NCBI RefSeq assembly: GCF_964213995.1
Contig: NC_135830.1
Coordinates: 12,772,001 to 12,836,000, forward strand
Reading direction: 5' to 3'
Origin: Mustelus asterias
Taxonomy: Eukaryota
Length of the DNA: 64,000 bases
In this document: piece by piece, positions 49,525 through 61,778 of the stretch
Layout of the letters: the number at the start of each line of letters is the position of its first letter
How positions within the stretch are numbered: position 1 is the stretch's first letter
Position numbers and translations under genes: made by a program
Notes under the pieces: model-generated
Told to the model about the DNA's origin: nothing
Seen by the model: only the letters and a program-made list of their open reading frames with translations
The model's database searches: none

Positions 49525-52153
49525 TGAAGCATAGAAGCATAGAAGCATAGAAAAACAGCTCAGAAACAGGCCTTTTGGCCCTTTTTGTCTGTGCCGAACC
49601 ATTTTATGCCTAGTCCCACTGACCTGCACTTGGACCATATCCCTCCACACCCCTCTCATCCATGAACCCGTCCAAGTTTATCTTAAATGTTAAAAGTGAC
49701 CACCATTTACCACTTTATCCGGCAGCTCATTCCACACTCCCACCATTCTCTGCGTGAAGAAGCCCCCCCTAATATTCCCTTTAAACTTTTCTCCTTTCAC
49801 CCTTCAACCATGCCCTCTGGTTTTTTTCTCCCCTAGCCTCAGCGGAAAAAGCCTGCTTGCATTCACTCTATCTATACCCATCAAAATCTTATACACCTCT
49901 ATCAAATCTCCCCTCAATCTTCTACGCTCCAGGGAATAAAGTCCCAACCTATTCAATCTCTCTCTGTAACTCAGCTTCTCAAGTCCCGGCAACATTCTTG
50001 TGAACCTTCCCTGCACTCTTTCAATCGTATTTACATCCTTCCTGTAACTAGGTGACCAAAACTGTACACAATACTCCAAATTCGGCCTCACCAATGCCTT
50101 ATATAACCTTACCATAACACTCCAACTTTTATATTCGATACTCCGATTTATAAAGGCCAATGTACCAAAGGCACTCTTTACGACCCTATCCACCTGTGAC
50201 GTCACTTTTAGGGAATTCTGTACCTGTATTCCCAGATCCCTCTGTTCAACTGCACTCTTCAGAGTCCTACCATTTACCCTGTACGTTCTTCTTTGGTTTG
50301 TCCTTCCAAAGTGCAATATCTCACACTTGTCTGCGTTAAATTCCATTTGTCATTTTCAGCCCATTTTTCTAGTTGGTCCAAATCCCTCTGCAAGCTTTGA
50401 AAACCTTCCTCACTGTCCACTACACCTCCAATCTTTGTATCATCAGCAAACTTGCTGATCCAATTTACCACATTATCATCCAGATCATTGATATAGATGA
50501 CAAACAACAATGGACCCAACACCGATCCGTGCGGCACACCACTAGTCACAGGCCTCCACTCAGAGAAGCAATCCTCCACAACCACTCTCTGGCTTCTTCC
50601 ATTGAGCCAGTGTCTTATCCAATTTACTACCTCCCCATGTATACCCAGCGACTGAACCTTCCTAACTAACCTCCCATGAGGGACCTTGTCAAAGGCCTTG
50701 CTGAAATCCAGGTAGACAACATCCACCGCCTTCCCTTCATCCACTTTCCTGGTAACCTCCTCGAAAAACTCTAATAGATTGGTCAAACATGACCTACCAC
50801 GCACAAAGCCATGTTGACTCTCCCTAATAAGTCCCTGTCTATCCAAATATTTGTAGATCCTATCCCTTATCACACCTTCCAATAACTTGCCCACCACCGA
50901 CGTCAAACTTACTGGCCGGTAATTTCCCGGATTTCTTTTGGAACCTTTTTTAAACAACGGAACAACATGAGCCATCCTCCAATCATCCGGCACCTCCCCC
51001 GTGAATACTGACATTTTAAATATGTCTGCCAGGGCCCCTGCAAGTTCAACACTAGCTTCCCTCAAGGTCCGTGGGAATACCCTGTCCGGTCCTGGGGATT
51101 TATCCACTCTGATTTGCCTCAAGACAGCAAGCACCTCCTCCCCTTTAATCTGTAACGGTTCCGTGTCCTCCCTACCAGTTTGCCCTATTTCCGTGGACTC
51201 CATGCCCGTTTCCTCAGTAAACACGGATGCAAAAAACCCATTTAGTATCTCCCCCATCTCTTTTGGTTCCATACACAGTCTACCACTCTGGTCTTCAAGA
51301 GGACCAATTTTATCCCTCACTATCCTTTTGCTCCTAACATACCTATAGAAGCTCTTTGGATTTTCCTTCACTCTGTCTGCCAAAGCAACCTCATGTCTTC
51401 TTTTTGCCCTCCTGATTTCCCTCTTAAGTAGCTTCTTGCACTTTTTATACTCCTCGAGCATCTGATGTGTTCCTTGCTGCCTGTACATTTCATACAACTC
51501 TCTCTTCCTCTTAATCAGTGTTACAATCTCCCTCGAGAACCAAGGTTCCTTATTCCTATTTAGTTTGCCTTTTATCCTGACAGGAACATACAAACTCTGC
51601 ACTCTCAAAATTTCTCCTTTGAAGGCCTCCAACTTTCCATTTACATCCTTACCAGAGAACAGCCTGTGCCAATCCACACTTCCCAGATCCCTTCTCATTT
51701 CATCAAATTTGGCCTTTTTCCAGTTCAGAACTTCAACCCGAGGACCAGATCTATCCTTATCCACGATCAGGTTGAAACTAATGGCATTATGATCACTGGG
51801 TCCAAAGTGTTCCCTCACACTCACATCCATCACCTGCCCTAACTCATTTCCCAATAGGAGATCCAATATCGCATCCTCTCTAGTTGGCACCTCTATATAC
51901 TGATGTAGAAAATTCTCCTGAACACATTTTACAAACTCTACCCCGTCTAAACCTTTAACAGTATGCGAGTCCCAATCTATATGTGGAAAATTAAAATCTC
52001 CTATGTCACAACTTTGTGTTTCTTGCAGTTGTCAGCTATCTCTCCGCTGATTTGCTCCTCCAATTCTCGCTGACTATTGGGTGGTCTATAATACAAGCCC
52101 ATTAATGTGGTCATACCTTTCCTGTTTCTCAGCTCCACCCATAGGGCCTCTGT
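49525..52153 (-). mobile_element. Younger CR1 LINE (~2.6 kb; endonuclease C-terminal part plus RT; one frameshift in RT)
   Basis: ORFs 50274-51890 (SDHN through FADDTK) and 49804-50346; tail (agcatag)n. Confidence 0.95.
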
Positions 52154-52351
52154 CGAAGGAATGAGGTCCTCTCAATTCGTGTCTGCAAGCAGAGTCAGCC
52201 ATTGAAAATGTTTTGATTTACTTGTGAGCCTGCTATGGCGTTAGAATGTGTTCAGGTTCTCAACCCAAAGCCCATGTGAAGCAATCCCGCCGTGTACACG
52301 GAAAATAAATTTACAGAACCAGTACCTTGTCCAATTCAAAACAGCAGAAAT

Positions 52352-52430
52352 GGATTTGAACCCGGGACCTCTCGCAAGCTTGCGAATTTCAACACCCAAA
52401 GCGAGAATCATACCCCTAGACCAACGAGCC
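52352..52430 (-). pseudogene. Intron-containing tRNA-Pro(TGG) with the 3' acceptor strand missing
   Basis: GGCTCGTTGGTCTAGGGGTATGATTCTCGCTTTGGG [tgttgaaattcgcaagct, 52394-52377] TGCGAGAGGTCCCGGGTTCAAATCC, then unrelated sequence. Confidence 0.9.
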
Positions 52431-52811
52431 TTCGTTGCAAATATTTGCCAAATTATTATATTTTCATTGTCATCCAAAATTGATCTTACATCTGCAGTGA
52501 AAGTTGAAAATGCTGGAATCGCTCAGAAAGTCAGAGAGTGTGTGTGCACAGAGAAACACAGCTCATCTTTCACCTCTATACCCTTTAACTGACACTGGGG
52601 ATGCTTAAAGATGTAGAACGTTTCGAGCAAATGAGATGCAGGAGGGAGGAAACATAACATCCTGTCGGGTGGAAGTCAGGAGAGGTGAGATGAGGGAAAC
52701 AAAGAAACACAAAGCGATTAACCACAGAATGAGGCCGTTCGGAAGTTCTTTCCAGGACACACATGTGCTGTGGATAAAGGGGAACCGGTGAATGTACTGT
52801 ACATAGATTAC

Positions 52812-53430
52812 ACTGGATTGCTTGCCTTTATCGGACGGGGCATAGAGTTTAAAAGTTGGGGTCTGATGTTGCAGTTGTATAGAACGTTGGTTTGGCCGCA
52901 TTTGGAATACTGCACCCAGTTCTGGTTGCCACACTACCGGAAGGACATAGAGGCTTCACAGAGAGTGCAGAGGAGGTTTACCAGGATGCTGCCTGGTATG
53001 GAAGGGCTTAGTTATGAGGAGAGATTGGGTAAACTGGAGTTGTTCTCACTGGAAAGACGGAGGATGAGGGGTGACCGAATAGAGGTGTATAAAGTTATGA
53101 TAGGCATAGTTAGGGTGAACGGTGGGAAGCTTTTTCACAGGTCGGTGGTGACGTTCACGAGGGGTCATAGGTTCAAGGTGAGGGGGGGAGGTTTAACACG
53201 GATATCAGAAGGACGTATTTTACACAGAGGGAGGTGGGGGCCTGGAATGCGCTGCCGGGCAAGGTGGTGGAGGCGGACACACTGGGAACGTTTAAGACTT
53301 ATCTAGATAGCCACATGAACGGAGTGGGAATGGAGGGATACAAAAGAATGGTCTAGTTTGGACCAGAGAGCGGCGCGGGCTTGGAGGGCCGAAGGGCCTG
53401 TTCCTGTGCTGTATTGTTCTTTGTTCTTTG
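52812..53430 (+). mobile_element. CR1 3' fragment
   Basis: PHLEYCTQFWLPHY..QRRFTRMLPG; tail ttctttgttctttg. Confidence 0.9.
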
Positions 53431-54074
53431 GAGCCACATTGAGTTTTGCAAGTTCCACTCAGTAATATGGAAACATAGGAATCAGGAGCTCAAAGAGGCA
53501 AATTCAGCCCTTCGAGCCTGCTCCGTCATTCAATCAGATCATGGCTGATCTCTCCCTGGTCTCAAGTCCACTTCCCCATTGTTTCCTTAAAAAGAGGTCA
53601 AGTCCACTTCCCCATCTGTTCCTCATTTCCCTTTAAACATTTTTTGAAAACATCAGAAATATATCTATCTCCTTTTGAAACCATTCAATCTTTCAGAACC
53701 CACCGCGTTCTGGGGCAGCGAATTCCAGACACTCGCCACTCTGCGAGAAGTACGTCCTCCTCATTTCAGATTTAAATCCACCGCCTCTCAATCTATACCT
53801 GCGTCTTCTTGTTCTACATTGCCCCATTGAGGAATCATTTGGTCGACGTTTATTCCATTTGTTCCCTTTAGACTCTTGTACACCTCGATAACTTCAGCAA
53901 CTTGTGAGACTATTTCACCTCGCTGTCGACGTCATGTCCTGGCAAATACAGTGGGTGTTGTCATTCGCTGAAAGAACCAAGTATGTCCCTCTAAACAGGA
54001 TATTCTGAAGGAAATACTTGTCGTTGATGAAAATGATCTGAGATGAAAATAATAAGCAGAGAGATGTATTTTAA

Positions 54075-54368
54075 AGTTTATTTAGTCGTGTTACAAGTAG
54101 GCTTGCATTAACATTTCAATGAAGTTGCTGTGAAAATCTGCTGGTCGCCACACTTGGCTGCCTGTTTAGGTAATTAGCAGAAGAATTAGCATAGCCAATC
54201 CAACTACCGTGCGCATCTTTGCACTCTGGGAAGAAACCAGAGCATTCGCAGGAAACCCACACAGAAACACGAAGAACGTGCAGGCCCCACACAGACAGTG
54301 ATCCAAGCCAAGTATCGAACGCTTGTCTTTCGCACTGTGAGGTAACAGTATCAAACACGACACCACCG
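54075..54368 (-). mobile_element. V-domain SINE
   Basis: Diverged copy of the same core. Confidence 0.7.
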
Positions 54369-54957
54369 TCCCATAGGGTACGTCAGTTTAAAAATACAGT
54401 TCACCCGTTACCCTTGGAGTTAAGTGGTTTGTGTTCAGTACCCACCCCTCCCGCTCCCTCCCCCCCCCCACCCGCCCACCCGCCCCCACCGTGGAGGAAC
54501 AGTGCCAATGAAACAGTTGTTGGGGGAAAGGAGAATGTGTGGAAGGAGTGCAGTTGCTCCTATAGGGGGAACATACGGAAACACCGGCTGAATGACTGGC
54601 TGCCGATATAAGCAACAGTATTGCAAACAGTGAGACTATTCCCGGCCCAGGGGTTAAATTCTGGATAAAAGCAAATTACTGCGGATGCTGGAATCTCTGA
54701 AAGTGAGTCATCTGGATTCGAAGCTACAGCTCTTTTCTCTCCTTACAGATGCTACCTGACCTGCTGAGGTTTTCCAACATTTTCTCATTTGGTTCCAGGG
54801 ACAAATGTGACGAATTTAAATTTTCCAAGTGAAGTTCAAATCCTGTCCTGTACGCTTCCCATCTTCCTCATTGTGACTATGTTTTTAGGGAAAGTCATTT
54901 GAATTAAAGCAATGGGTACGAAGATGATCATCTCATTACCAATGTGTCACGTCAGCT

Positions 54958-55021
54958 TCCCTGAGAGCATAATGATCAGGATTCGGCGCAGTGGCCCCAC
55001 GTTCAATTCCCAGTCATGGAG
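54958..55021 (+). pseudogene. tRNA-Glu relic
   Basis: tccctga..aggattcggcgc..gttcaattcccagtcatgga, with an internal deletion. Confidence 0.5.
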
Positions 55022-55279
55022 TCAATCATCTTTTGTTCAATTCTTCATTTACTGAAAACACGACTCACAGCGCCTGTGAAGGGAGAAACAAGGTTAATCT
55101 TCCAGCTGGATGAGTTTATATCAGAGCTGGGAAAATCAAACGTGTAACTTTGACAATAAACTCTGAAGAAGAGTCAGATGATACACACGACGCACATGTC
55201 AAATCTTACCATTTTCAAGGTGCATATTTTAACTTCCTTCCCCTGTGACTGAGGGAAGTGCAGTTGATCTAGTTTGTTT

Positions 55280-57220
55280 TGTTCGAGCAAAGCACTGAGA
55301 AGGTCCCACAAGGGAGACTGATTGAGAATATAGAAGCACTTGGAATTCAGGAAACTGGGCGAGATGGATCCGAAAATGTCTTCATAATAGGACACATAGG
55401 GCAGTGGTAGAAGTCTGTTCGAATGAATGGAGGTTAGAGCAAACTGGCCTACTATAGGTTTCAGTGCTGAGACGCTTTTTGTTTGTTACATGCATAAATA
55501 ATATAGATGATAATTTGAGGGGAATTATAAGCAAGTTTGCAGCTGGTACAAAGATTGTTGGCGTGGTTAATATTGAAGACGAAAACCCTATGTTCAAGGA
55601 AGATCTCGATAGGTTGGTCAGATGGAACCAACAGTGGCAGATGGTGTATAAACCGGATAAGTGCGAGGTGATGCACTTTGGAAGAAATAATAACACAGGT
55701 GACTATTTAATGAATCGCAGGACATTAGGAAGCTCAGAGGAACATGTGGATTAGGAGTACTTATAAACTGATCCCTGAAGGTAGCAGAGCAGTTGAATAG
55801 GCTAGCTACGACGGCATAAGGGGCACCTTGTTTTTATCAGTCGTGGCATAGAATATAAGGGCAAGGAGTTAACGTTGGAGTTGTACAGCGCGGTGGTTAG
55901 GCCAGAGCTGGAGTACTGTGCGCAGTTCTGGCCAGCTCACTGTAGGAAGGATGTGATTATACTAACAGGGGAACAGAGCAGATTCACCAAGATTTTTCCT
56001 GGGACGGAACATTTGAGCGAAAAGGGGGAACAAAGAACAAAGAACAGTACAGCACAGGAAACAGGCCCTTCGGCCCTCCAAGCCTGTGCCGCTCCTTGGT
56101 CCAACTAGACCAATCGTTTGTACCCCTCCATTCCCAGGCTGCTCATGTGACTATCCAGGTAAGTCTTAAACGATGTCAGCGTGCCTGCCTCCACCACCCT
56201 ACTTGGCAGCGCATTCCAGGCCCCCACCACCCTCTGTGTAAAAAACGTACCTCTGATATCCGAGTTATACTTCGCCCCTCTCAGCATGAGTCCGTGACCC
56301 CTCGTGATCGTCACCTCCGACCTGGGAAAAAGCTTCCCACTGTTCACCCTATCTATACCCTTCATAATCTTGTACACCTCTATTAGATCTCCCCTCATTC
56401 TCCGTCTTTCCAAGGAGAACAACCCCAGTCTACCCAATCTCTCCTCATAGCTAAGACCCTCCATACCAGGCAACATCCTGGTAAACCTTCTCTGCACTCT
56501 CTCCAATGCCTCCACGTCCTTCTGGTAGTGCGGCGACCAGAACTGGACGCAGTACTCCAAATGTGACCTAACCAGCGTTCTATACAGCTGCACCATCAGA
56601 CTCCAGCTTTTATACTCTATACCCCATCCTATAAAGGCAAGCATACCATATGCCTTCTTCACCACCTTCTCCACCTGTGTTGCCACCTTCAAGGATTTGT
56701 GGACTTGCACACCTAGGTCCCTCTGTGTTTCTATACTCCTGATGACTCTGCCATTTATTGTATAACTCCTCCCTACATTATTTCTTCCAAAATGTGGATA
56801 GTGGATAGGGTTGGATTATTTTCCTTTGAACAGAGAAGGCTGAGGGATTGCGGGGGCTGATTGTGGCGTATAAGTTTGAGGTTCATGGACAGGGTGAAGG
56901 GAAAGCAGCTCTTCCCCTTTGTTGAGAAGTTAATCACGAGGGGGCATAGTTTTAAGCTAAGGGGCTAGAGATTCGGCAAATATTTTTTTTTCACGAAGAG
57001 GTTGGGGAAATATGTACTACAGCGCCTGGGAAGGTATTATTGGAGGCCGGAAAAGTTACAAACTTTAAAAAGTATCTGGATGAACACTTGAAAAATCATA
57101 GCATTCAAGGATATGGGACATGTGCTAGAAAATGGGATTAGCGCGATGTTCGTGGCAGTTATTGTTGTTGTACACTCGATGGGCCAAACCGTCTCTACTG
57201 CGCTGTACGACGCTATGACT
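55280..57220 (+). mobile_element. Old CR1 (+) interrupted by a younger CR1 3' fragment (-, ~56028-56794)
   Basis: ORFs 55464 and 55875 (+) and 56105-56710 (-); the + element resumes at ~56800. Confidence 0.88.
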
Positions 57221-57608
57221 AAGCACAGTTCACAGTGAGGAGAAATGCAACATGTCCTCTGTTAGTGACCAACGCCTCTGCTGATAATTCGACCTATCAA
57301 GGGAAAAAAGGCACAACCAAACTGAGGAGAAACTGTGATAATGCGGGGATTGCGGGAAGGGATTCAAGCAACATAAAGTAAGAGACAAATGAATGGGGAA
57401 AGAAGTGCGAATGAAAATCACATCCTTACATCGGAAGAACAGAGTCTGATACCAGCCAATCAGATTGCCGAAAACCCCAGCATCTGACGGTTTCTCTGGT
57501 ACATCTTACATTCGGGGAATATTGAAGTTGTTGATTCGCTTCGTGCCTTTCTGCTGTGAGATGTGCTATATTTTCCGATTGACATTTTTATTGTATTACA
57601 CGGGGCAA

Positions 57609-58028
57609 ATGAATCTGTTCCATTTTATTATGGTTCTACTAATTTGTAAGTGCAAGAAATTTACTCTATAACGTGTGGAGACTGCTATTTAAATACATTT
57701 TGCTCCAGTGCCTAATTGACTAAATGTTTTTTTTTATAGATCGGTGTCGTTCGGACTAAGTTTCACAAACTCCCATAGCCAGAACAGCCCAGAGCGGGGA
57801 TTCGGTGCGGCTAAACTGCAGCTATGATATGTCCAGCATTTACAGAATGCATCGGTACAGACAAAAGCCCGGTCAGGGTCTGCAGTGGATAATACGTAGA
57901 TTCTCGGATGGCAAAGAGAGAAAGGACCGATTCGAATTGGAACTTTCCACTGCGGACAAATCGAGCCAGTTGATAATTGAAAACACGGAGAGCACGGATA
58001 CCGCTTTATATTACTGTGCGATAGAGCC
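57609..58028 (+). pseudogene. TCR alpha/delta-like V pseudogene (leader 57609-57645, V exon 57740-58028)
   Basis: Leader MNLFHFIMVLLI|GTAAGT; acceptor tttatag. The exon reads YRCRSD*VSQTP..VRLNCSY..MHRYRQKPGQGLQWI..DRF..DTALYYCAIE, with TAA at 57757-57759 and the conserved Trp replaced by Arg. Confidence 0.92.
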
Positions 58029-58067
58029 CACACTGAGAGGAAAGACGGCAGTCACTGTCCAAAAACC
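58029..58067 (+). promoter_or_regulatory. 23-RSS
   Basis: CACACTG + 23 bp + CCAAAAACC. Confidence 0.88.
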
Positions 58068-58321
58068 TCACGCCTGTTTACAGTTGCTGTAGCAATCAAA
58101 TAAACAGCACACTGCAGGCAAGACATGTCAGAACGAGAACAGGAAATGGAGTATGTGAGCGCGGTTGCCAGGGCTTTGCAATTCCTGACAGCGGCTTTGC
58201 TCAGACATATTGACAGTCAGGGCATAATTTATCAGATTGAAGAAGCAGTCACTCAGTGAGAGTGGGGTTTGTGATGAGAAAATCATCCGCATTCTTTAAT
58301 TTAAGGATGATACTGCATTGT

Positions 58322-58620
58322 CTGACAGTCTGAGGATTCGGGGTAGACCATTTAGGACGGAGGTGAGGAGACATTTCTTCACCCAAAGAGTGGTGAGCCT
58401 GTGGAATTCATTACCACAGGAAGTAGTTGATGGCAAAACATTGAATGCATTCAAGAGGCGGCTAGAATTAGCACTTTGGGCAAATGAGATCAAAGGTTGT
58501 GGGGATAAAGCAGGATTAGGCTTTTGAGTTGGACGATCAGCTATGATCGTAATGAAAGGCGGAGCAGGCTGAAAGGGCCGAATGGCCTCCTCCTCTTCCT
58601 TTTTCTATGTTTCTATGTCT
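58322..58620 (+). mobile_element. CR1 3' end fragment
   Basis: RRHFFTQRVVSLWNSLP; tail ttctatgtttctatg. Confidence 0.85.
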
Positions 58621-59461
58621 CGAATCAGACATTTGGTCTATGCCCAAATACCGCAAGACCTGGACAATATTCAGGTTTGATCTGATAAGCAAGCAACACT
58701 CACGTCGCAAAAGTTCCAGACCATGATCATCTCTTAAAAGAGAGGATCTAACCTACGTTCCTTGATGTTCAATGGCATTGCCATTGCTGAATCCTCCCCC
58801 CTGCTCCCGCCTCCCCACCTCCCCCCCGCCCCCGCCCCCCATCCCCCCTCCCCCTACATCCTAGGAGTCGACCGAAAATTGAACTGGACCCAGGAATATT
58901 AATACAGTGGCTACCAGAGCAGATCCAATTAATCCTGCGGCGAGTAACACGCCTCGTGACTCCCCAAAGCCTGTCCAGCATCTATAAGGTAGAAGTCAGG
59001 AGTGTGATGGAATACTCTCTGCTTGCTTGGATGAATGTAGCTCCAACAAAACTCAATAAGGTCGACAAGATACATGACAAAGCAGCCCACTTGATTGCTA
59101 CCCATTCCATAAACATCCATTCCTGCCACCACAGACGAACAGTGGCAACCGTGTGCACCACCTACAAAATAGACAGCAGCAACTCACCAAGGTTTTTTTT
59201 AGATCGCAAAATCCAAACACACGAAGGACAAGGGCAGCAGGCACATGGGAACACGACAACCTAGAGGTTCCCTTCCAAGTTATTCCACATCCTTACTTGG
59301 AAATATATCGCTATTCCTTCACGGTCACTGGGTCAACACCCTGGAACTCCCTCACTAACAGCACATGGGTGTACCTGCATCTCGGGCAGCGCTTCAAGAA
59401 GGCAGCTCACCACCAGACAATACACTAATGTCAGCTGTGAGAATCGACTATCTTCGTGCTG

Positions 59462-59780
59462 ATGGGTAAGCATCTGTGTCCCGGATTTATAATAATAGTC
59501 GTGTTGTTGGGTGAGTCTGTGTGGCAGTTATTCTACATCTTATTTGTTAAACACTTAAGATTTTTATCCAATTAGTATTTAGTATACTCCAAGAGTACCG
59601 GAGATTCGGTGTCCGGGGGGTTATTTGAGCTAGCAATTCTGAAAGAACAGCCTGTAATTTTCTGCCATATTTTCACCTGAGTTCACCCTTCTGATGATAT
59701 TCCTGGTTCGTGCTTACTATGTAAATCGCGGCATGGGGATTTCCCAAACTGCTTCTTTGCCGATCTCAGTCAAGACAAAG
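59462..59780 (+). pseudogene. Decayed V-like gene: leader exon 59462-59510, intron, V-like FR1 from 59583
   Basis: MGKHLCPGFIIIVVLL-G|GTGAGT (phase 1); tttag| VYSKSTGDSVSGGLFELAILKEQPVIFCHIFT*; out-of-frame FPKLLL further on; no RSS. Confidence 0.62.
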
Positions 59781-60046
59781 AGGCGGGGGGAGATGGGGGG
59801 CGGGGGAAGGGGGGGGGGGGGGGCGGGTGGGGGATCAGCTAGGGTAAATGCATAGGGTGATGGGGATAGGGCCTGGGTAGGATTGTTGTCGGTGCAGACG
59901 CGATGGGCCGAATGGTCTCTTCTGCACTGTAGGGATTCCATGATTCTATGCTGAGTGCTTTCAACAATTTTGGCTTTTAAAGAGATTTCTGAGCTGCTTT
60001 GGATACAAACAAATGAGTGAGACTTTGGTGAAAGGACTGCAAGTGT

Positions 60047-60136
60047 AGACTCATTGGTAGAGTGGAACGATTCTTGCTCTTGGTCTTTGAGGTCAAAGTA
60101 TGCGAGAAGTCTAGACTTCACATGCGGGCCGAGCTG
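60047..60136 (+). pseudogene. Highly decayed intron-containing tRNA-Pro relic (paralog of 19656-19744)
   Basis: gattcttgctcttgg..tttgaggtcaaagt..tgcgaga; shares the intron core with the 19.7-kb copy. Confidence 0.6.
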
Positions 60137-61192
60137 TTTGATGTTTATTGACTCATCCGCAGGTTTTGTGCATTTCTTTCAGGTGCAGACAGCGGGATTG
60201 GTTAATATGTGGTCTGGTTTGAAATCCTGAGCACAAACTGCAGGGAATCCATCAGCACAACACGCTCACGAGAAAAAAACATTTTCAAAAGGGTTGACTT
60301 GGCAGCGGATATTCAGTTTGTCACCATTCACCTGTTCAAGGGATCCCATAATTGCCCGTTCTTTTTCTTTTATTCATTAACGAGATGTGGGTGTCACTGG
60401 CTGGGCCTGCATTTATTACCCATCACTAATTACCCTTGACAAGGTGGTGGTGAGCTGCCTTCTTGAGCAGTGCAGTGTATTGGTGTAGGTACATCCATAG
60501 TGCTGTTCGTGAAGGGGTACGGGTTGTTTTCCCTGGTCATTATATTTCCAAGTCAAGGTCATTGATTGCCTTGAGGGGAACTTGCAAGTGGTTGCGGTCT
60601 TGGATTTGAAAACAGCTGTCTGGGGTGTATTTGGTGAGTTCCTGCATCATCCAAATAAGTGGGGAGTATTCACTGACACCCGACTTGTGCCTTGCAGATG
60701 GTGGACAGGTTTTGGGGAGTCAGGTGAGTTACTCGCTGCAGGATTCCCAGCCTCTGATCTGCTCGTGAAGACACTGCACGAACTGATAATATGTGTGCTG
60801 AGTCAAAATAGGAGCATTTCTTTTCCTGCTCAGTGTGCAGAGAATTTTCAACACTTCTATTTCTTTGTTCTGGATACGTGTTGAGGAATATGTAAGAGCT
60901 AATGGCACATGTGTGTCAAATATTATGTTCAAGTAATATTCGATCGTTGATTCACTGAGGGGAGCGGTGAGTGCTTGGGTAGCCTTATTGTATTGAGACA
61001 GCAGTTTGAATTCCAACACGGCAGGTTAACTCAGCAATTCAATTCAAGGGCAATTAGGGATGATTGTAAATGAATAAAGACACTCTGAATGATGAAACTT
61101 TTCCTCACAAGTGAACGCAGAATTTTTTTTAAAAATCTGCCTGATTTCGAAACATTGGACCAACATGTAACATCTTCCACAAGGATGGGTGT

Positions 61193-61265
61193 GGGCCAGT
61201 GGCGTAATGAGTAACGGCTCTCCCTGCATATCAGGCGATTCCAAGTTCGACTCCTGGTTAGTTCG
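61193..61265 (+). pseudogene. tRNA-Arg(ACG)-derived pseudogene (paralog of 18155-18227)
   Basis: GGGCCAGTGGCGTAATG..GATTCCAAGTTCGACTCCTGGTTAGTTCG; the anticodon arm is destroyed. Confidence 0.72.
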
Positions 61266-61707
61266 GCGTGAAACTTCAAAATAAGTTCACAAATTCCATG
61301 TTACTTTGGATAAAAAATGTCTGCAATAACTTTCGACCTCTTCAGGCAGATACTGACGAACTTTAGTCCGCTTCTCTGGAGAAATTCATGTTAGCTAATT
61401 GCTTTTCAACAGAAACTGATTATTTTAAGTTAAATTCTGCTGAAAGATTTTCATCAAGTAAGTTTAAGACATTAAGTAAATGTTAATCTCAATTACGTTT
61501 TGTTCATAATCCAAAATGTTTGAGAGAATTTACACAATTTTGTATAATTTGCGTCATCAAATTCAGCATTTCTGATTTTGAAGAAAGCATGTGAGGCCGG
61601 AGTCAGAGCAAAGATAATATGGCTGCAACATCGAGATTCAGGTAATGTTTACCAACAAACTGAAATCAAACATATTCCTCTCACCCTGCATGGGAAACCT
61701 CAATGAA

Positions 61708-61778
61708 TGTTCCTTCCTGGTTAGGAACCAGGAACCGCCTGCGTATTAGGTGAATGTGATAACCAAGTGACAGCATAG
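61708..61778 (-). pseudogene. tRNA-Val relic
   Basis: ttaggtgaatgtgataacca core; the flanks are duplicated with 62865-63200. Confidence 0.55.

Noticed and set aside
57-58067. Immunoglobulin heavy- or light-chain cluster
   Set aside because: Shark Ig clusters have D, J and C close to each V. None was seen here, I noted no octamer, and the V sequences and C-A-L/V ends look like TCR alpha/delta.
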